A program made the position numbers and the translations under genes. 64,000 nt of DNA from Mobula hypostoma (Eukaryota), in NCBI RefSeq assembly GCF_963921235.1, contig NC_086097.1, positions 248,560,001 to 248,624,000 on the forward strand, given 5' to 3'. Under the pieces are notes generated by a model. That model was not told the DNA's origin, did no database searches, and was given only the letters and a program-made list of their open reading frames with translations. Numbering within the stretch: the stretch's first letter is position 1; every line of letters begins with the position of its first letter. Positions 1 to 13,050 of the stretch are shown here, one piece after another.

Positions 1-114
1 TCAAATATCTTGACCAAATTTGTCAAAAACTGTTTTCCTTTCATAAAATCATTTTGATGGTGCAAAATCAACAATGGATTTCAGCATTTTCCCAATAAAT
101 AAAAAATCAAATTG

Positions 115-555
115 AAAGAGTACAGAGAAAATTCACAAGGATGTTGCTGGGACTTGAGAACCTGAGTAATAGGTTGAATACTTTAGGACTTTATTCCATG
201 GAGCCTTGGAGAAAGAGGGGAGATTTGTTAGAGGTCTGTAAAATTATGAGTAGTAAATGCAAGCAGGCTTTTTCCACTGAAGTTTGGTGAGACTAGAACT
301 AGGGGGTCATAGGTTAAGGGTGAAAGGTGAAATTTTTAAGGGGAACATCAGGGGGAACAACTTCACTGAGAGGGTGGTGAGAGTGTGGAAGGAGCTGCCA
401 ATGCTTGTGGTGAATGCGGGTTTGATTTCAACATTTAAGTGAGGTTTGGATAGGTAGGTGGAGGGCTCTGGTGCAGGTGCAGGTGGATGGGAATAGACAA
501 GCTAGCTGGGCCGTAGGGCCTGTTTCTGTGCTGTAGTGCTCTTTTAACTCTATAA
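115..555 (+). mobile_element. CR1 LINE 3' fragment
   Basis: Degenerate CR1 ORF2 C-terminal sequence (gagagtgtggaa...gagctgcc) and the gggcctgtttctgtgctgta tail. Confidence 0.8.
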
Positions 556-727
556 CTTGTCTAGCTAAGTGGTCATAGTTCCTCGCTTTTCCCCTCTCAT
601 TTTGAGATGCTTTTGCAGTTTTCCAGAACGCTGGACTATCTTGAAGCTAATGAGTTTCAGAAGACCATTTAAAAAAAAAGCAACCAATATCTCTATAGCC
701 ACTTTTTTGGGAAGTCTAAACCATTAG

Positions 728-970
<243 letters not shown>

Positions 971-1175
971 TGACATTAAAACAAAGTGCTGGGAGTATTC
1001 AAGGGGCCTTTCGCTCTTTATGGAGAGATATCTTAAGTTTAAAATATTGTGTTTACATCCTCTTTCGTCAGCTAAGGTTTATTTAGAGACGCGATGTGGA
1101 GCAGACCCTTCTGGCCCAACAAGCCATAGTACCCTCAACCCACTTATTCAACCGGAGGCTAAACACAGGACTGCG

Positions 1176-1452
1176 TGGGGCGCCATGGTAGAAATTAGTG
1201 CAACACTATTACTGCATGGGATGGTGAAGTTTGGAGTTCAGTCTTGGCGTCCTCTGTAAGGAGTTTGTAAGTTCTCCCCATGGGATGCTTGGGGTTGCTT
1301 CGGATGCTCTGGTTTCCTCCCACAATCCAAAGAAAGAGATTAGTAGGTTAATTGGTCATGATTAGGTGAGGGTTAAATCAGAGTTGTCGGGGATTGCTGG
1401 GTCAGTGTGGTACAACGGGCTGGAAGGGCCTACTCCACACTGTATCTCTAAT
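1176..1452 (+). mobile_element. V-SINE (tRNA-derived head, V domain) nested in an oppositely oriented V-SINE (about 1085-1655)
   Basis: V-domain ggagtttgtaagttctcccc...ggtttcctcccacaatccaaaga. The flanking minus-strand copy shows tctttggactgcgggaggaaacc. Confidence 0.75.
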
Positions 1453-1829
1453 TAAGCAAATAATTAGATCTTTAAACAACGACTATTTACAATTTACTAT
1501 TTACGATTTACAACTTGTCAACCGGCACGTCTTTGGACTGCGGGAGGAAACCAGATCGCCAGAGGAAACCCACGAGGTCACTGGAGGACATATTACAGGT
1601 GGCGTCAGAATTCAACACCCTGAGCTGTAATAGTGTCACTGCTCTCATGATGTCCCAAAATTAATATTTTTACCCGAGGCAAACATATTTTAATGTTTCC
1701 TTCCCTGCAGCCTGTTTATCTAATGCTGTTAATGTGGTATAAAGCTTCAAGGCACTTTCACAGGGAATTTATTACACAAATTTTGACACAATTTTGACAT
1801 ATTAAAGATTAGTTTAATTTGCCATATGT

Positions 1830-2100
1830 ACGTCGACACATTGAGATGTTCATTTGTGCAGTGACCAACACAGTCGAAGGATGTGCCGGGGGGCAGTGTT
1901 GCCATGCTTCTAGCACCAACGTGGCATGCCCACAATTCACGATCCCTAACCCATACATCTTTGTTATGTGGGAGGAAACTGGAGCACCCGGAGGAAACCA
2001 ACAAAGAGAACATACAAGCTTCTTTCAGGCAGTGGCAGAATTGAACCCAGGTTACTGCCGCTGTAATCGCATCGTGCTAACCGCCATACTACCCTGCTAC
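1830..2100 (-). mobile_element. V-SINE variant
   Basis: Reverse-complement V domain (tgtgggaggaaactggagcacccggaggaaacc) and B-box-like gaattgaaccc. Confidence 0.7.
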
Positions 2101-2699
2101 CTGTGTTTAGCCTACATATTCCTTGTAGGCAGCAATGGAGTTAAACCCCAATCTTAGGATTGCTGGCACTGTAAAACGTTATAGAAACTGCCACTGTACT
2201 GTGCCACCCCCGAATGGTGACTGAAAACTTTCTAACGGTGTTGATTTTAAGGGGCATCTTCAAAGAGAAAAGTTAAAGCGTTATAATGTTGCAGGAAAGA
2301 AGTTCTGGGGACTTTGTCGATGGACTGATTGGAACGAGAAATGCAGAGAGTGCAAGCAGTAGGTTCTGGGGCTTTAGAGCTGAGAGAAATATGTTTGAAG
2401 TGGGTGAGCCAACGGAAATAGTGAAAAGAAGCATGGGACTGTCAAATCTGGGCGCATAGAAGAGCGGGGTGGAAAGGGATAAGAAATCAGCAGTAATGAA
2501 ATGGCAAGCAGACTCGATGGGCCAAATGGCCTAATCCTACTCCTGTGTCTCATGGACTTGTGTTGATGATTTGTGGTAAGTGAGGACATGGCAGCTGAGC
2601 TTGATGTTTAAGTCCAGTGCTCATAACAACATCAAGTATTAGAAATGAAGTCTGACAACTTGATTTTGTAATGATGTGCTGTGTCGCTTGATGTGGGTT

Positions 2700-3070
2700 C
2701 ATTTGTTGTTTGATGTGTCGTTTCATGCTTGTATTCATGATAGTTCTTGGCAAATTTTTGTACGGAAGAAGTTTGACATTGCCACCTTCTAGGCAGTGGC
2801 TTTACAAGGCGGGTGACCCCAGCCATTATCAATACTCTATAGAGATTGCCTGGTGTCAGTGGTCGCATAACCAGGACTTATGATATACACCAGCTGATCG
2901 TACGATCATCCATCACCTGCTCCCATGGCTTCAAGTGACCCTGATCGGAGGTGGGTGGGGTGGTGCTAAGCAGGTGCTGCCTCTTGCCCAAGCGTGAATT
3001 GCCTGCTAGTGCAGGAAAGGAGTACCTCACACCTCTTTTGGTGGAAATGTATTTCCACCCTGCCACCCAC
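2700..3070 (-). mobile_element. SINE-like element with an RTE-type 3' tail
   Basis: On the minus strand ...agaaggtggcaatgtcaaacttcttccgtacaaaaatttgccaagaa resembles the gaaggcaatggcaaaccac...ttgccaagaa end of RTE LINEs/SINEs. Confidence 0.5.
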
Positions 3071-3244
3071 ATTAGAAACTATTTGTTTTGAAAATGTATA
3101 ACAAAAGATAAATGGTCCTTATTGAGTGGTCATCAGTGGAGGGTGCGAACAACTTGGTGTCAGCATATCAGAGGATTTGTCCTGGACACAACATATTAAT
3201 GCAATCATGAGGAAAGCAGGTCAGGTCCTGTATTGTACTATATT

Positions 3245-3460
3245 CACACGAGATTCTGTAGACGTTAGAAACCCAGAGTAACACACACAAAATGTTAGAG
3301 GAGCTTCAGCAGGTTAGACAACATCTATGGCGTGGAATAAAGAGTTGAATTTTGGGGCTGAGACCCTTACCCGTCATAAACGATCTTGGCCTGAAAAGAT
3401 TCTTTTTTTCTATCCATAGATGCTAACTGTCCTACTGAGTTCCTCCAACCTTTTGTGTGC
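3245..3460. mobile_element. Palindromic Penelope-derived mini-element
   Basis: Two PLE terminal-repeat halves in inverted orientation; imperfect TSD tactatatt (3236-3244) / tactgtatt (3461-3469). Confidence 0.65.
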
Positions 3461-3706
3461 TACTGTATTATATTTATGTTTTGCTGCCCACAAAACAAGA
3501 AATTTCATGCCATATGTCAGTGTCAATAAACCTGATTCTGATGGGGAATTAAATGATGCTGCCACATGAAATCATTTTGTTCTATTGGAGACGTTTAGTT
3601 CATGTTAAGCTTGCATAATTGGGTGAGGTTCTGAGTTTTGCAAAAGAGTTGGTCCTCACCATTTCCCCTGCTGCACAAGCATTCTTTAACAGTGTTTTAT
3701 CTGTAA

Positions 3707-3889
<183 letters not shown>

Positions 3890-3939
3890 TAAGAGCTCAG
3901 TTTTATTTCTCTGTATGTGTTAATTCTTCATGCAATTTA

Positions 3940-4006
3940 CAGTACTGTGCAAAAGTCTGAGGCAAATATATATAGCAAGGGTGCCTAAGATTCGTGCACA
4001 ATTCTG
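3940..4006. mobile_element. Tc1/mariner-type MITE (67 bp)
   Basis: TA|cagtactgtgcaaaagtctgaggca...tgcctaagattcgtgcacaattctg|TA: imperfect TIRs with a TA TSD, about 50 nt downstream of the exon 6 donor. Confidence 0.75.
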
Positions 4007-5553
4007 TATTTGTCAACTTGGAGTAGAAAGCGAGTTTGTAAATCTGGCGTGAGCAAAGGATGTTGGGAATGGTGTGGCTGGAGTGCTGCAGGAAGGGTGT
4101 GGGACAGGTGGCAGCTAAGGAGTGCCAGGGATGAGGTATGAACATAGAAATCTACAGCACATTACATGGTTGGTACAACATTTTGGGCCCAAGGACCTGT
4201 AATCAACTCTAGACACTGCCTGGAATTACCCAACCGCATAGCCCATGTACCTATCCATGTAGAGTCTCTTAAAAGACCCTATTGTATCTGCCTCCACAAC
4301 CATTGCTGGCTCTGCATTCCATGCACCCACCACTCTCTGTGTGGAAAAACTTGCCCCTGACGTCCGCTCTGTACCTACTTTCAAACACCTTAAAACTGTG
4401 CCCCCTCATGTTAGCCATTTCAGCCCTGGGAAAATGCCTCTGGCTATCCACATGATTGATGCCTCTCATCATCTTATACACCTCTATCGGGTCATCTCTC
4501 ATCCTCTGTCACTCCAAGGAGAAAAGGCTAAGTTCACTCAACCTATTCTCATAAGGCACACTCTCCAGTCCAGACAACATCCTTGTAAATCTCCTCTGCA
4601 CTTTTTCTATTGTATCTACATCCTTCCTGTAATGAGGTGGCCAGAACTGAACTCATTACTCCAAGTGGGGTCTTACCAAGGATTTGTATAGCTGTAATAT
4701 TACTTCACAGCTCTTGAACTTAATCCCATGGGTGATGAATGCCAACACACCTTACAGTTTCTTAACAACACTGTCAACCCACGCATCAGCTTTGAGTGTC
4801 CTATGGACACGGTCCCCAAGTTCTGTCTGATCCTCCACACTACCAAGAGTCTTACCATTAATACTATATTCTGTCTTTAAATTTGACCTACCAAGATGAA
4901 CCACTTCATACTTATCTGGGTTGAACTCCATCTGCCATTTCTCAGCCTAGTTCTGCATCCTATCGATCTCTCACTGTAACCTCTGACAACCCTCCAGACT
5001 ATCCACAACACCCCCAACCACTGCCATTAGCAAACTTACCAACCTTCTACTCCCCCATCCAGATCATTTATAAAAATCACAAAATGGAGGAGTCCCAGTA
5101 CAGATCCCTGCAGAGCACCACTGGTCACTGTCCAACATGCAGAATACAAACCATCCACAACTACCCTTTGTCTTCTGTGGGCAGGCCAATTCTGGATCCA
5201 CAACGCAAGGTCTCCTTGAATCCCATGCCTCCTTACTTTCTGAAGGAGCCTTGTATGGGGAACCTTACCAAATGCCTTACTGAAATCCATATATAGTACA
5301 TCCACTGCTCTACTTCCATCAATGTGTTTTGTTATAGCCTCAAAGAAAGTCAGGCTCGTAAGGCACAACCTGCACTTGACAAAGCCAGGCTGACTATCCC
5401 TAAACAGATTATGTCTCTCCAAATGCTCATAAGTCCTGATTCTCAGGATCTTCTGCAACAACTTGCCCACCACTGAAGTAGGATTCACTGGTCTATAATT
5501 TCCTGCATTATGTCTACTTCCTTTCTTGAACAAGGGAACGACATTTACAACCC

Positions 5554-7849
5554 ACACAAAAATTGCTGGTGAACGCAGCAGGCCAGGCAGCATCTATTGG
5601 AAGAGGAACAGTCAATGTTTCGGGCCGAGACCCTTTATCAGGACTAACTGAAAGAAGGGATAGTAAGAGATTTGAAAGTGGGTGGAGGAGGGGGAGATCC
5701 GAAATGATAGGAGAAGACAGGAGGGGGAGGGATAGAGCTTTGAGCTGGAAAGCTGATTGGCAAAAGGGATATGAGAGGATCATGGGACAGGAGGCCAAGG
5801 GAGAAAGAAAAGGGGGAGGGAGGAAGCCCAGAGGATGGGCAAGGAGTATAGTGAGAGGGACAGAGGGAGAAAAAGGAGAGAGAGAAAATATATAATAAAT
5901 AAATAACAGATGGGGTACAAAGGGGAGCTGGGGCATCAACGGAAGATAGAGAAGTCAATGTTCATGCCATCAGGTTGGAGGCTACCCAGACGGAATATAA
6001 GGTGTTGTTCCTCCAACCTGAGTGTGGCTTCATCTTGACAGTAGAGGAGGCCGTGGATAGACATATCAAAATGGTAATGGGATGTGGAATTATACTTTAT
6101 ACTTTATTGTCGCCAAACAATTGGTACTAGAACGTGCAATCACCACAGCGATATTTGATTCTGCGCTTCCCACTCCCTGGATTACAAATATTAAATATTA
6201 AAAATAGTTAAAATTAGTAAATATTAAACATTTAAATTATAAATCATAAATAGAAAATAGAAAAATGTAAAGTAAGGTGGTGCAAAAAAACCGAGGCAGG
6301 TCCGGATATTTGGAGGGTACGGCCCAGATCCGGGTCAGGATCCGTTCAGCAGTCTTATCACAGTTGGAAAGAAGCTGTTCCCAAATCTGGCCATATGACT
6401 CTTCAAGCTCCTAAGCCTTCTCCCGGAGGGAAGAGGGACGAAAAGTGTGTTGGCTGGGTGGGTCGTGTCCTTGATTACACTGTGCGGTGTAAAGTGAGTC
6501 CACGGACGGAAGATTGGTTTGTGTGATGTGCTGCGCTGTGTTCACGATCTTCTGCAGCTTCTTTCGGTCTTGGACAGGACAACTTCCGTACCAGGTTGTG
6601 ATGCACCCTAGAAGAATGCTTTCTACAGTGCATCTATGAAAATTAGTGAGGGTTTTAGGGGACAGGCCAAATTTCTTTAGCTTTCTCAGGAAGTAAATGC
6701 ACTGGTGGGCCTTCTTGGCAGTGAACTCTGCCTGGTTGGACCAAGTCAGGTCATTTGTGATATCGAGGAACTTAAAGCTTTTGACCTGTTCCACTTGCGC
6801 ACCACTGATGTAAATTGGGTCGTGCGGTCGGCTACTCCTTCTGAAATCAACAACCAATTCCTTCGTCTTGCTGATGTTGAGAGATAGGTTATTGTCTTCG
6901 CACCATGCCACCAAGTTCTTAATTTCCTCTCTGTGCTCAAACTCATCATTACCCGAGATACGGCCTACAATTGTTGTGTCATCAGCAAACTTTATATATT
7001 GAGTTTGATGGAAACTTGGCTACACAATCATGGGTGTACAGTGAGTACAGCAGGGGGCTGAGTACACAGCCTTGTGGGGCACTGGTGCTCAGAGTGATTG
7101 TAGAGGAGAGCTAAAATGTGTGGCCACTGGGAGATCCTGCTTTCTCTGGTGGACAGAGCATAGGTGTTCAGCAAAACGGTCTCCCAGCCTGCGTCAGGTC
7201 ACGCCAATATATACAGAAGGCCACATCGGGAGCACCGGATGCAGTATATCACCCCAGCCGACTCACAGGTGAAGTGTCACCTCACCTGGAAGGGCTGTCT
7301 GGGGCCCTGAATGGTGATGAGGGAGGAAGTGTAAGGGCATGTGTAGCACTTGTTCCGCTTACAAGGATAAGTGCCAGGAGGGAGATCGGGTGGGAAGGGA
7401 TTGTGGGGGGGGGGGGGGGCCCCAGACCTCCCCTTCGTACCCCATCCATTATTTATTTATTTATTATATATTTTCTCTCTCTCTCTCCTTTTTCTCCCTC
7501 TGTCCCTCTCACTATACTCCTTGCCCATCCTCTGGGCTTCCCCCTCCCCCTTTCTTTCTCTCTAGGCCTCCCATCCCATGATCCTCTCATATCCCTTTTG
7601 CCAATCACCTGTCCAGCTCTTGGCGCCATCCCTCCCCCTCCTGTCTTCTCCTATCATTTTGGATCTCCCCCTCCCCCTCCCACTTTCAAATCTCTTACTA
7701 TCTCTTCTTTCAGTTGGTCCTGACGAAGGGTCTTAGCCCGAAACATCAACTGCACCTCTTCTTATGGATGCTGCCTGGCCTGCTGCGTTCACCAGCAATT
7801 TTTGTGTGTGTTGCTTGAAATTCCAGCATCTGCAGATTTCCTCGTGCGA
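5554..7849. mobile_element. Penelope-like element insertion with inverted pseudo-LTR structure
   Basis: Minus-strand PLE 3' part (5554-6092 and 7109-about 7418, GIY-YIG region) followed by a plus-strand 3' part (about 7426-7849); 13-bp TSD. Confidence 0.85.
6093..7108 (-). mobile_element. Rex1/Babar-like LINE 3' portion nested in the PLE
   Basis: WCEDNNLSLNISKTKELVVDFRR...TVESILLGCITTWYG (ORF 6411-6914), AT-rich 3' UTR and tactttatacttt tail. Splits the PLE sequence gtggaatta|aaatgtgtggcc. Confidence 0.85.
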
Positions 7850-8577
7850 ACATTTACAACCCTCCATTTCTCCGGTACTTCCGCCATCCCTATTGATGAT
7901 GCAAAGATCATCAACAAAGACTCAGCAATCTCCACAGAAGCCTGGGGTACATCTTGTCTGGTCCCAGCGACTTATCTAACTTGAAGTTTTCTAAAGCTCC
8001 AGCACATCCTCTTTCTTAATGTCTACATGCTCAAGCGTTTCAGTCCACTGTACGTCATCCCCACAATTGCCAACATCCTTTCCCTTGGTGAATACTGAAG
8101 TAAAGTATTCATTATTAACTCCGCTACCTCCTCCGGCTCCATGCACAAGTTTCCGCTATGGCACCTGTTTGGTCCTATTCTCACGCGGCTCATCCTCTTG
8201 TTCTTCACATACTTGAAGAATGCCTTGGGGTTTTCCTTAATCCTGCTCGCCAAGACCTTCTCATGGTCCCTTCTGGCTCTTCTAATTTCATTTGCTCATT
8301 CCTGGCATCCTTGTAATTTTCTAGAACTCTATCAGTACCTAGTTTCTTGAACCTTTCGTAAGCCTATACCTGTAAGCCTATATCTATATGGTGCACAGTA
8401 ATATATTTGGAAAATACTTCTAATTGTTGGAATCCCATGTAGGCATACTTAGGGGAAATGTTAATTAACTAAATGAAATAAGTATTTAAGATCCTATCGG
8501 TAACGTTGTGCTCTTTCTGAGAGGTGGTTTCACAGAAATGGACAATGATATCTGTTTCGTTGGCTAATGTGGGAAAT

Positions 8578-8765
8578 GGATCTCTCCCTCCCCCTCCCAC
8601 TTTCAAATCTCTTACTAGCTCTTCTTTCAGTTAGTATTGATGAAGGGTCTCGGCCCGAAACGTTGACTGCACCTCTTCCTAGAGATGCTGCCTGGCCTGC
8701 TGCGTTCACCAGCAACTTTGATGTGTGTTGCTTGAATTTCCAGCATCTGCAGAATTCCTCGTGAT
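8578..8765 (+). mobile_element. PLE terminal-repeat fragment
   Basis: Same sequence family as 7660-7848 and 28660-28850; hammerhead core mutated (ttgatga). Confidence 0.8.
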
Positions 8766-9387
8766 TGATAGAAAGGCTCCTTTCTGAGATTCAGTAAAGA
8801 AATCTACAATTAATTGATCTCATGGCTGGTCTCCAGCTGTTTAGACACACAAGTGTTATCTGCATATTATAATTTGATGATCGAAGTTGGGGTGATACTG
8901 ATTCCTTAATGGAAATTGCCATTTAGATTTAATCCCACTCTTTCAGAGGGCTTGCTGGAGGTGAGGTGCAGTATTGGAGCAAGGATGGTTCATGCAGTAA
9001 CACAACCTTGCCTGCTGGTTAGGATCTTGCATTTGTGTGTCAGCATGGCATGGTAATACACTTCTGAGGACACACAACTTTGAGAGGGGCCGAATGGCAT
9101 AATTCTACTCCTGTACCTTATAGTCTTACGGAATTACTCTTGGAACTCCTGGTGGATGAATCTGTATTGCGACTCCGGGTGTAGTGCCTTTCCTAAGTTG
9201 TTACATGGTTGGTAATGTTGAATTAGGGTCTAAAATGGTTATTTTTCTTACCTTGTTTCTTGTAGCTTAACTTTCCCATACTCATAAGTTTCATATGACC
9301 ACCTGCAGGATGAGTTGGTGGTAAGGTTAATGCAATGTTAACATTCATTTCGAGAGGACTAGAATATAAAAGCAACAATGTGATGCT

Positions 9388-9561
9388 GAGACGAGGAAAT
9401 CTGCAGATGCTGGAAATACAGACAACACACACAATATGCTGGTTGAACACAGCAGGCCAGGCAGCATCTATAGGAAGAAGTACAGTCGACGTTTCAGGCC
9501 GAGACCCTTCATCAGGACTGAAGTTGCTGCCTGGTCTGCTGTGTTCAACTAGCATTTAGTG
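9388..9561 (-). mobile_element. 174-bp PLE mini-insertion inside a plus-strand CR1 (about 9320-10160)
   Basis: 11-bp TSD aatgtgatgct at 9377-9387 and 9562-9572; terminal repeat plus a short inverted arm. Confidence 0.85.
9483..9520 (-). ncRNA. Minimal type-I hammerhead ribozyme motif (PLE-associated)
   Basis: Minus strand: CAGUC-CUGAUGA-A-GGGUCUCGGCCU-GAAA-CGUC^GACUG. Conserved core boxes, 5-bp helix I, short helix II, palindromic ACGU helix III and a GUC cleavage triplet. Confidence 0.8.
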
Positions 9562-10682
9562 AATGTGATGCTAAGGCTTTTTAAGGGGTTGGTCAGACCA
9601 CACATGGAATATTGTGAGCAGTTTTGGGTCCTTGTATCTAGGAAAGAAATGTGCTGGCATTGGAGAGGGTCCAGAGGAGGTTGATGGGAATGATCCCAGG
9701 AATGAAAGGGTTAACATATGAGGGGCAGTTGATGGCTCTGGGCCTGTATTCACTGGAGTTGAGAAGAATGAGGGAGAATCCCATTGAAACCTATCGAATA
9801 TTGAAAGGCCTAGGTAAAGTGGATGTGGAGACGGTGTTTCCTGTAGTGGGGCAGTCTAGCTCCAGAGGAGACAGCTTCAGAATGGAGGGACATCCATTTA
9901 AGAACAGAGATGAGGAGGAATTTCTTTTAGCCAGAGGGCTATGAATCTGGAATTTATTGCAACAAATGGCTGTGGAAGCCAACTTATTGGGTATATTTAA
10001 GGAGAGTTTGTTAGTTTCTTGATTAATCAGGGTGTCAATAGTTACGGGGAGAAGGGAGGAGAATGGGTTTGACAGGGATAATACATCAGCCATGATGGAA
10101 TGACGGAACAGATGCAATGTGCCAAATGGCCTAATTCTGCTCCCTATGTCTTATAGTCTATACAGTATAAATATGTAAATGTTCAGTAAGTTTTCTAGTA
10201 ATTGTAGTTTACTGATTCTGTATTTTCCGGAAGCTTCTTGGTTTTCTGCAGCAGGTGTCACGTACCTTGAATCTGACTGTTTTGCAGGTCATATCTTTTC
10301 AATTGAATATACTTTTAGGTCTAGTATGAAATATGAAAGGACCACAACTTCCTTTACTTTCATTCTTTGTGTAACACTTAATAAAATGGCTGCATTCTCC
10401 GAGTTTTACAGCTTATTGCTCTATAAATCTTCTGCATCAGTATCACCAGATGCAACAAAAATTACACACTTCTCTTGAAAGTGGTCACAATTATGTTGTC
10501 CCAGATCTCCTGAAGTGTGCCTTTTCACTTAGTTTTATGGATTTATGCAAAGATATTTTCTGTCATATGTTTAGACTTGAGCAGCAGTTTTGGCTGTTTT
10601 GGATAAAGAGAGCAATTCACTAGCAATGCACAGCCCCAGATAAATTTCTTTCCTGATATTCCACTGAAAATTTGCACTCAGC

Positions 10683-11165
10683 ATGAGCAGTTGTGGGTCA
10701 CTTATCTAAGAAAGGGTGTGCTGGCATTGGAGAGCGTCTTGAGGTTCTTGATAATGATCCTGGAAATAAAAGGGTTAACTTATGAGGAGGGTTTGATGGC
10801 TCTGAGCCTGTATTCGCCGAAGGTTAGAAGAATGAGGGGGAGATCTCACTGGAACCTGTCGAATATTGAAAAGCCTAGAGAGAGTAGACATGCAGAGGAT
10901 GTTTCCAAGAGTAGGGGAGTTTCAGGACCAGAGGGCACAGAATACAAAGATGTCCCTTTAGAGTAGAGATGAGTAGGAATTTTTTTAGCCAGAGGATAGT
11001 GACTCTGTGGAATTTTTTGCCAAGTCTTTGGATATACTTAAAGCAAATTAAAGGTTCTTGATCAGTCAGGGCATCATAGGTAACAGGGAGAAGGCAGGAG
11101 AATAGTGTTGAAAGGATAATAAATCAATTATGATGGCCGAACTGTGCCCCAATGTTTTATGGTAT
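10683..11165 (+). mobile_element. CR1 LINE 3' fragment
   Basis: YLRKGVLALESV...KGLTYEE type ORF2 C-terminus. Confidence 0.8.
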
Positions 11166-11672
11166 TATAGATACATGGTTTTTAATCATCTTTCAAAATG
11201 GATGCTGAATGAATGTAGATAATTCACTGTGAAGTGGGGTGAGGGAAGGTGGTCATGTTTGAGAAAATCTTGGAAGTACCTCTTTAACATGGTTTGTAAC
11301 TGCCTAGCTGCTGTTAAGAATTCCTCTATTCTTGGTTCCAGCAGTGTTCTTCCTGACATTTTAGGCTGTATATTGATTTGATAGCACTGAGCAATCCACT
11401 CGCTGTTGTTATTGGCTAAACTCTAGATCTGTTGTGCACTTTAATGGTCAAAAATACATTTCAAGCCAGCAAAGTTGGCAATGGGAGAAGCAAGCAATGC
11501 CCTGATATTCCATAGAAGATGTTCATGTATTTAGTTTATAAAGACTTATAAACTAATAAGTCAAAGATCTGCATTTCATTTGAATAATGTTAGAAAAGGT
11601 ATTTGTAGATAACATGGCTGAGTTCCTTTTATGTAGATGTTAAGCAGTGAAGAAAATATTTTTACCTTGCAG

Positions 11673-11797
11673 TGGGTATGGAAGGACTTACTTCAGCTGC
11701 ACTTCAGCACATACGAGCACTGGTGATGGATGTGCCATGGTCACACGGGCTGGATTGTCAAACCAGGACTTAGAGTTTGTCCAGTTTCATCCCACAG
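11673..11797 (+). CDS. sdha: SDHA exon (exon 7 equivalent, 125 nt)
   Basis: cag|TGGGTAT...CCCACAG|gtatgt; [41 protein letters not shown], including the active-site QFHPT His. Confidence 0.97.
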
Positions 11798-12024
11798 GTA
11801 TGTGGATTGCTCCCACATGTGTCCCAGCTTACAAACTACTGACTTCTCAATGTCCCGCTCCCGTGAACAAATGCTTGGAAGACTTAGTGTGTTGATGGTA
11901 ATGGGAACAGGAGTGATGGGGCTGAGGATGAGATGACGGCTTACAAACAGAGGCAATGTGTAGTGACACTGCTAGCAAGGAGAGGCTGATGATAGGGCAA
12001 AGTTCCAGTCAATGGGATGAATTA

Positions 12025-13050
12025 GAACATAGAAAACCTACAGCACAATACAGACCCTTGGGCCCACAAAGTTGTGCTGAACATGTCCCTACCTTAGAAA
12101 TTACTAGGCTTACCTATAGCCCTCTATTTTACTAAGCTCCATGTACCTATCCAAAAGTCTCTTAAAAGACCCTATCGTATCCGCCTCCACCACCGTTGCC
12201 GGCAGCCCATTCCACGCACTCACCACTCTTTGAGTAAAAAACTTACCCTTGACATCTCCTCTGTACCTACTCCCCAGCACCTTAAACCTGTGTCCTTTTG
12301 TGGCAACCATTTCAGCCCTGGGAAAAAGCCTCTGACTACCCACACGATCAATGCCTCTCATCATCTTATACACCTCTATCAGGTCACCTCTCATCCTCCA
12401 TCGCTCCAAAGAGAAAAAGCCGAGTTCACTCAACCTATTCTCATAAGGCATGCTTCCCAATCCAGGCAACATCCTTGTAAATCTCCTTTGCACCCTTTTT
12501 ATGGTTTCCACATCCTTCCTTTAGTGAGGCGACCAGAACTGAGCACAGTACTCCAAGTGTGGTCTGACCAGGGTCCTATATAGCTGCAACATTACCTTTT
12601 GGCTCTTAAATTCAATTCCACGATTGATAAAGGCCAATACACCATACGCCTTCTTAACCACAGAGTCAACCTGCGCAGCCGCTTTGAGCGTCCTATGGAT
12701 TCGGACCACAAGATCTCTCTGATCGTCCACACTGCCAAGAGTCTTACCATTATTACTATATTCTGCCATCATATTTGACCTAGCAAAATGAACCACTTCA
12801 CACTTATCTGGGTTGAACTCCATCTGCCACTTCTCAGCCCAGCTTTACATCCTGTCAATGTCCTGCTGTGACCTCTGACAGCCCTCCACACTACGCACAA
12901 CACCTCCAACCTTTGTGTCATCAGCAAGCTTACTAACCCATCCCTCCACTTCCTTATCCAGGTCATTTATAAAAATCACAAAGAGTAAGGGTTCCAGAAC
13001 AGATCCTTGAGGCACTCCACTGGTGACGGACCTCCATGCAGAATATGACC
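12025..13050 (-). mobile_element. Young 5'-truncated CR1 LINE
   Basis: ORFs 12110-12511 and 12521-12823 (MEFNPDKCEVVHF...[16 protein letters not shown]), with an intact 3' tail. Confidence 0.92.

Larger units (their letters stand above)
4140..8362 (-). mobile_element. CR1 LINE (RT region) split by a nested Penelope insertion at 5554-7849
   Basis: RT motifs NYRPV...DVLYMDFSKAFGKVPH...SGALQGSVLG (ORF 5036-5593); the CR1 continues at 7850-8362 (IKENPKAFFKYVK). 13-bp TSD acatttacaaccc at 5541-5553 and 7850-7862. Confidence 0.9.

Noticed and set aside
5514..5958. Pro/Leu/Ser-rich ORFs recurring at 5514, 7118, 28456 and 52061
   Set aside because: These are translations of the low-complexity pyrimidine-rich PLE 3' region, repeated because the element is repeated.
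8947..8960. Possible 14-nt microexon (tttcag|AGGGCTTGCTGGAG|gtgagg)
   Set aside because: It would frameshift SDHA, exons 6 and 7 already join in frame, and such motifs arise by chance. No supporting evidence is visible.
10179..10478. 99-aa ORF in unique intronic sequence
   Set aside because: No recognisable domain, AT-rich composition and no convincing exon boundaries.
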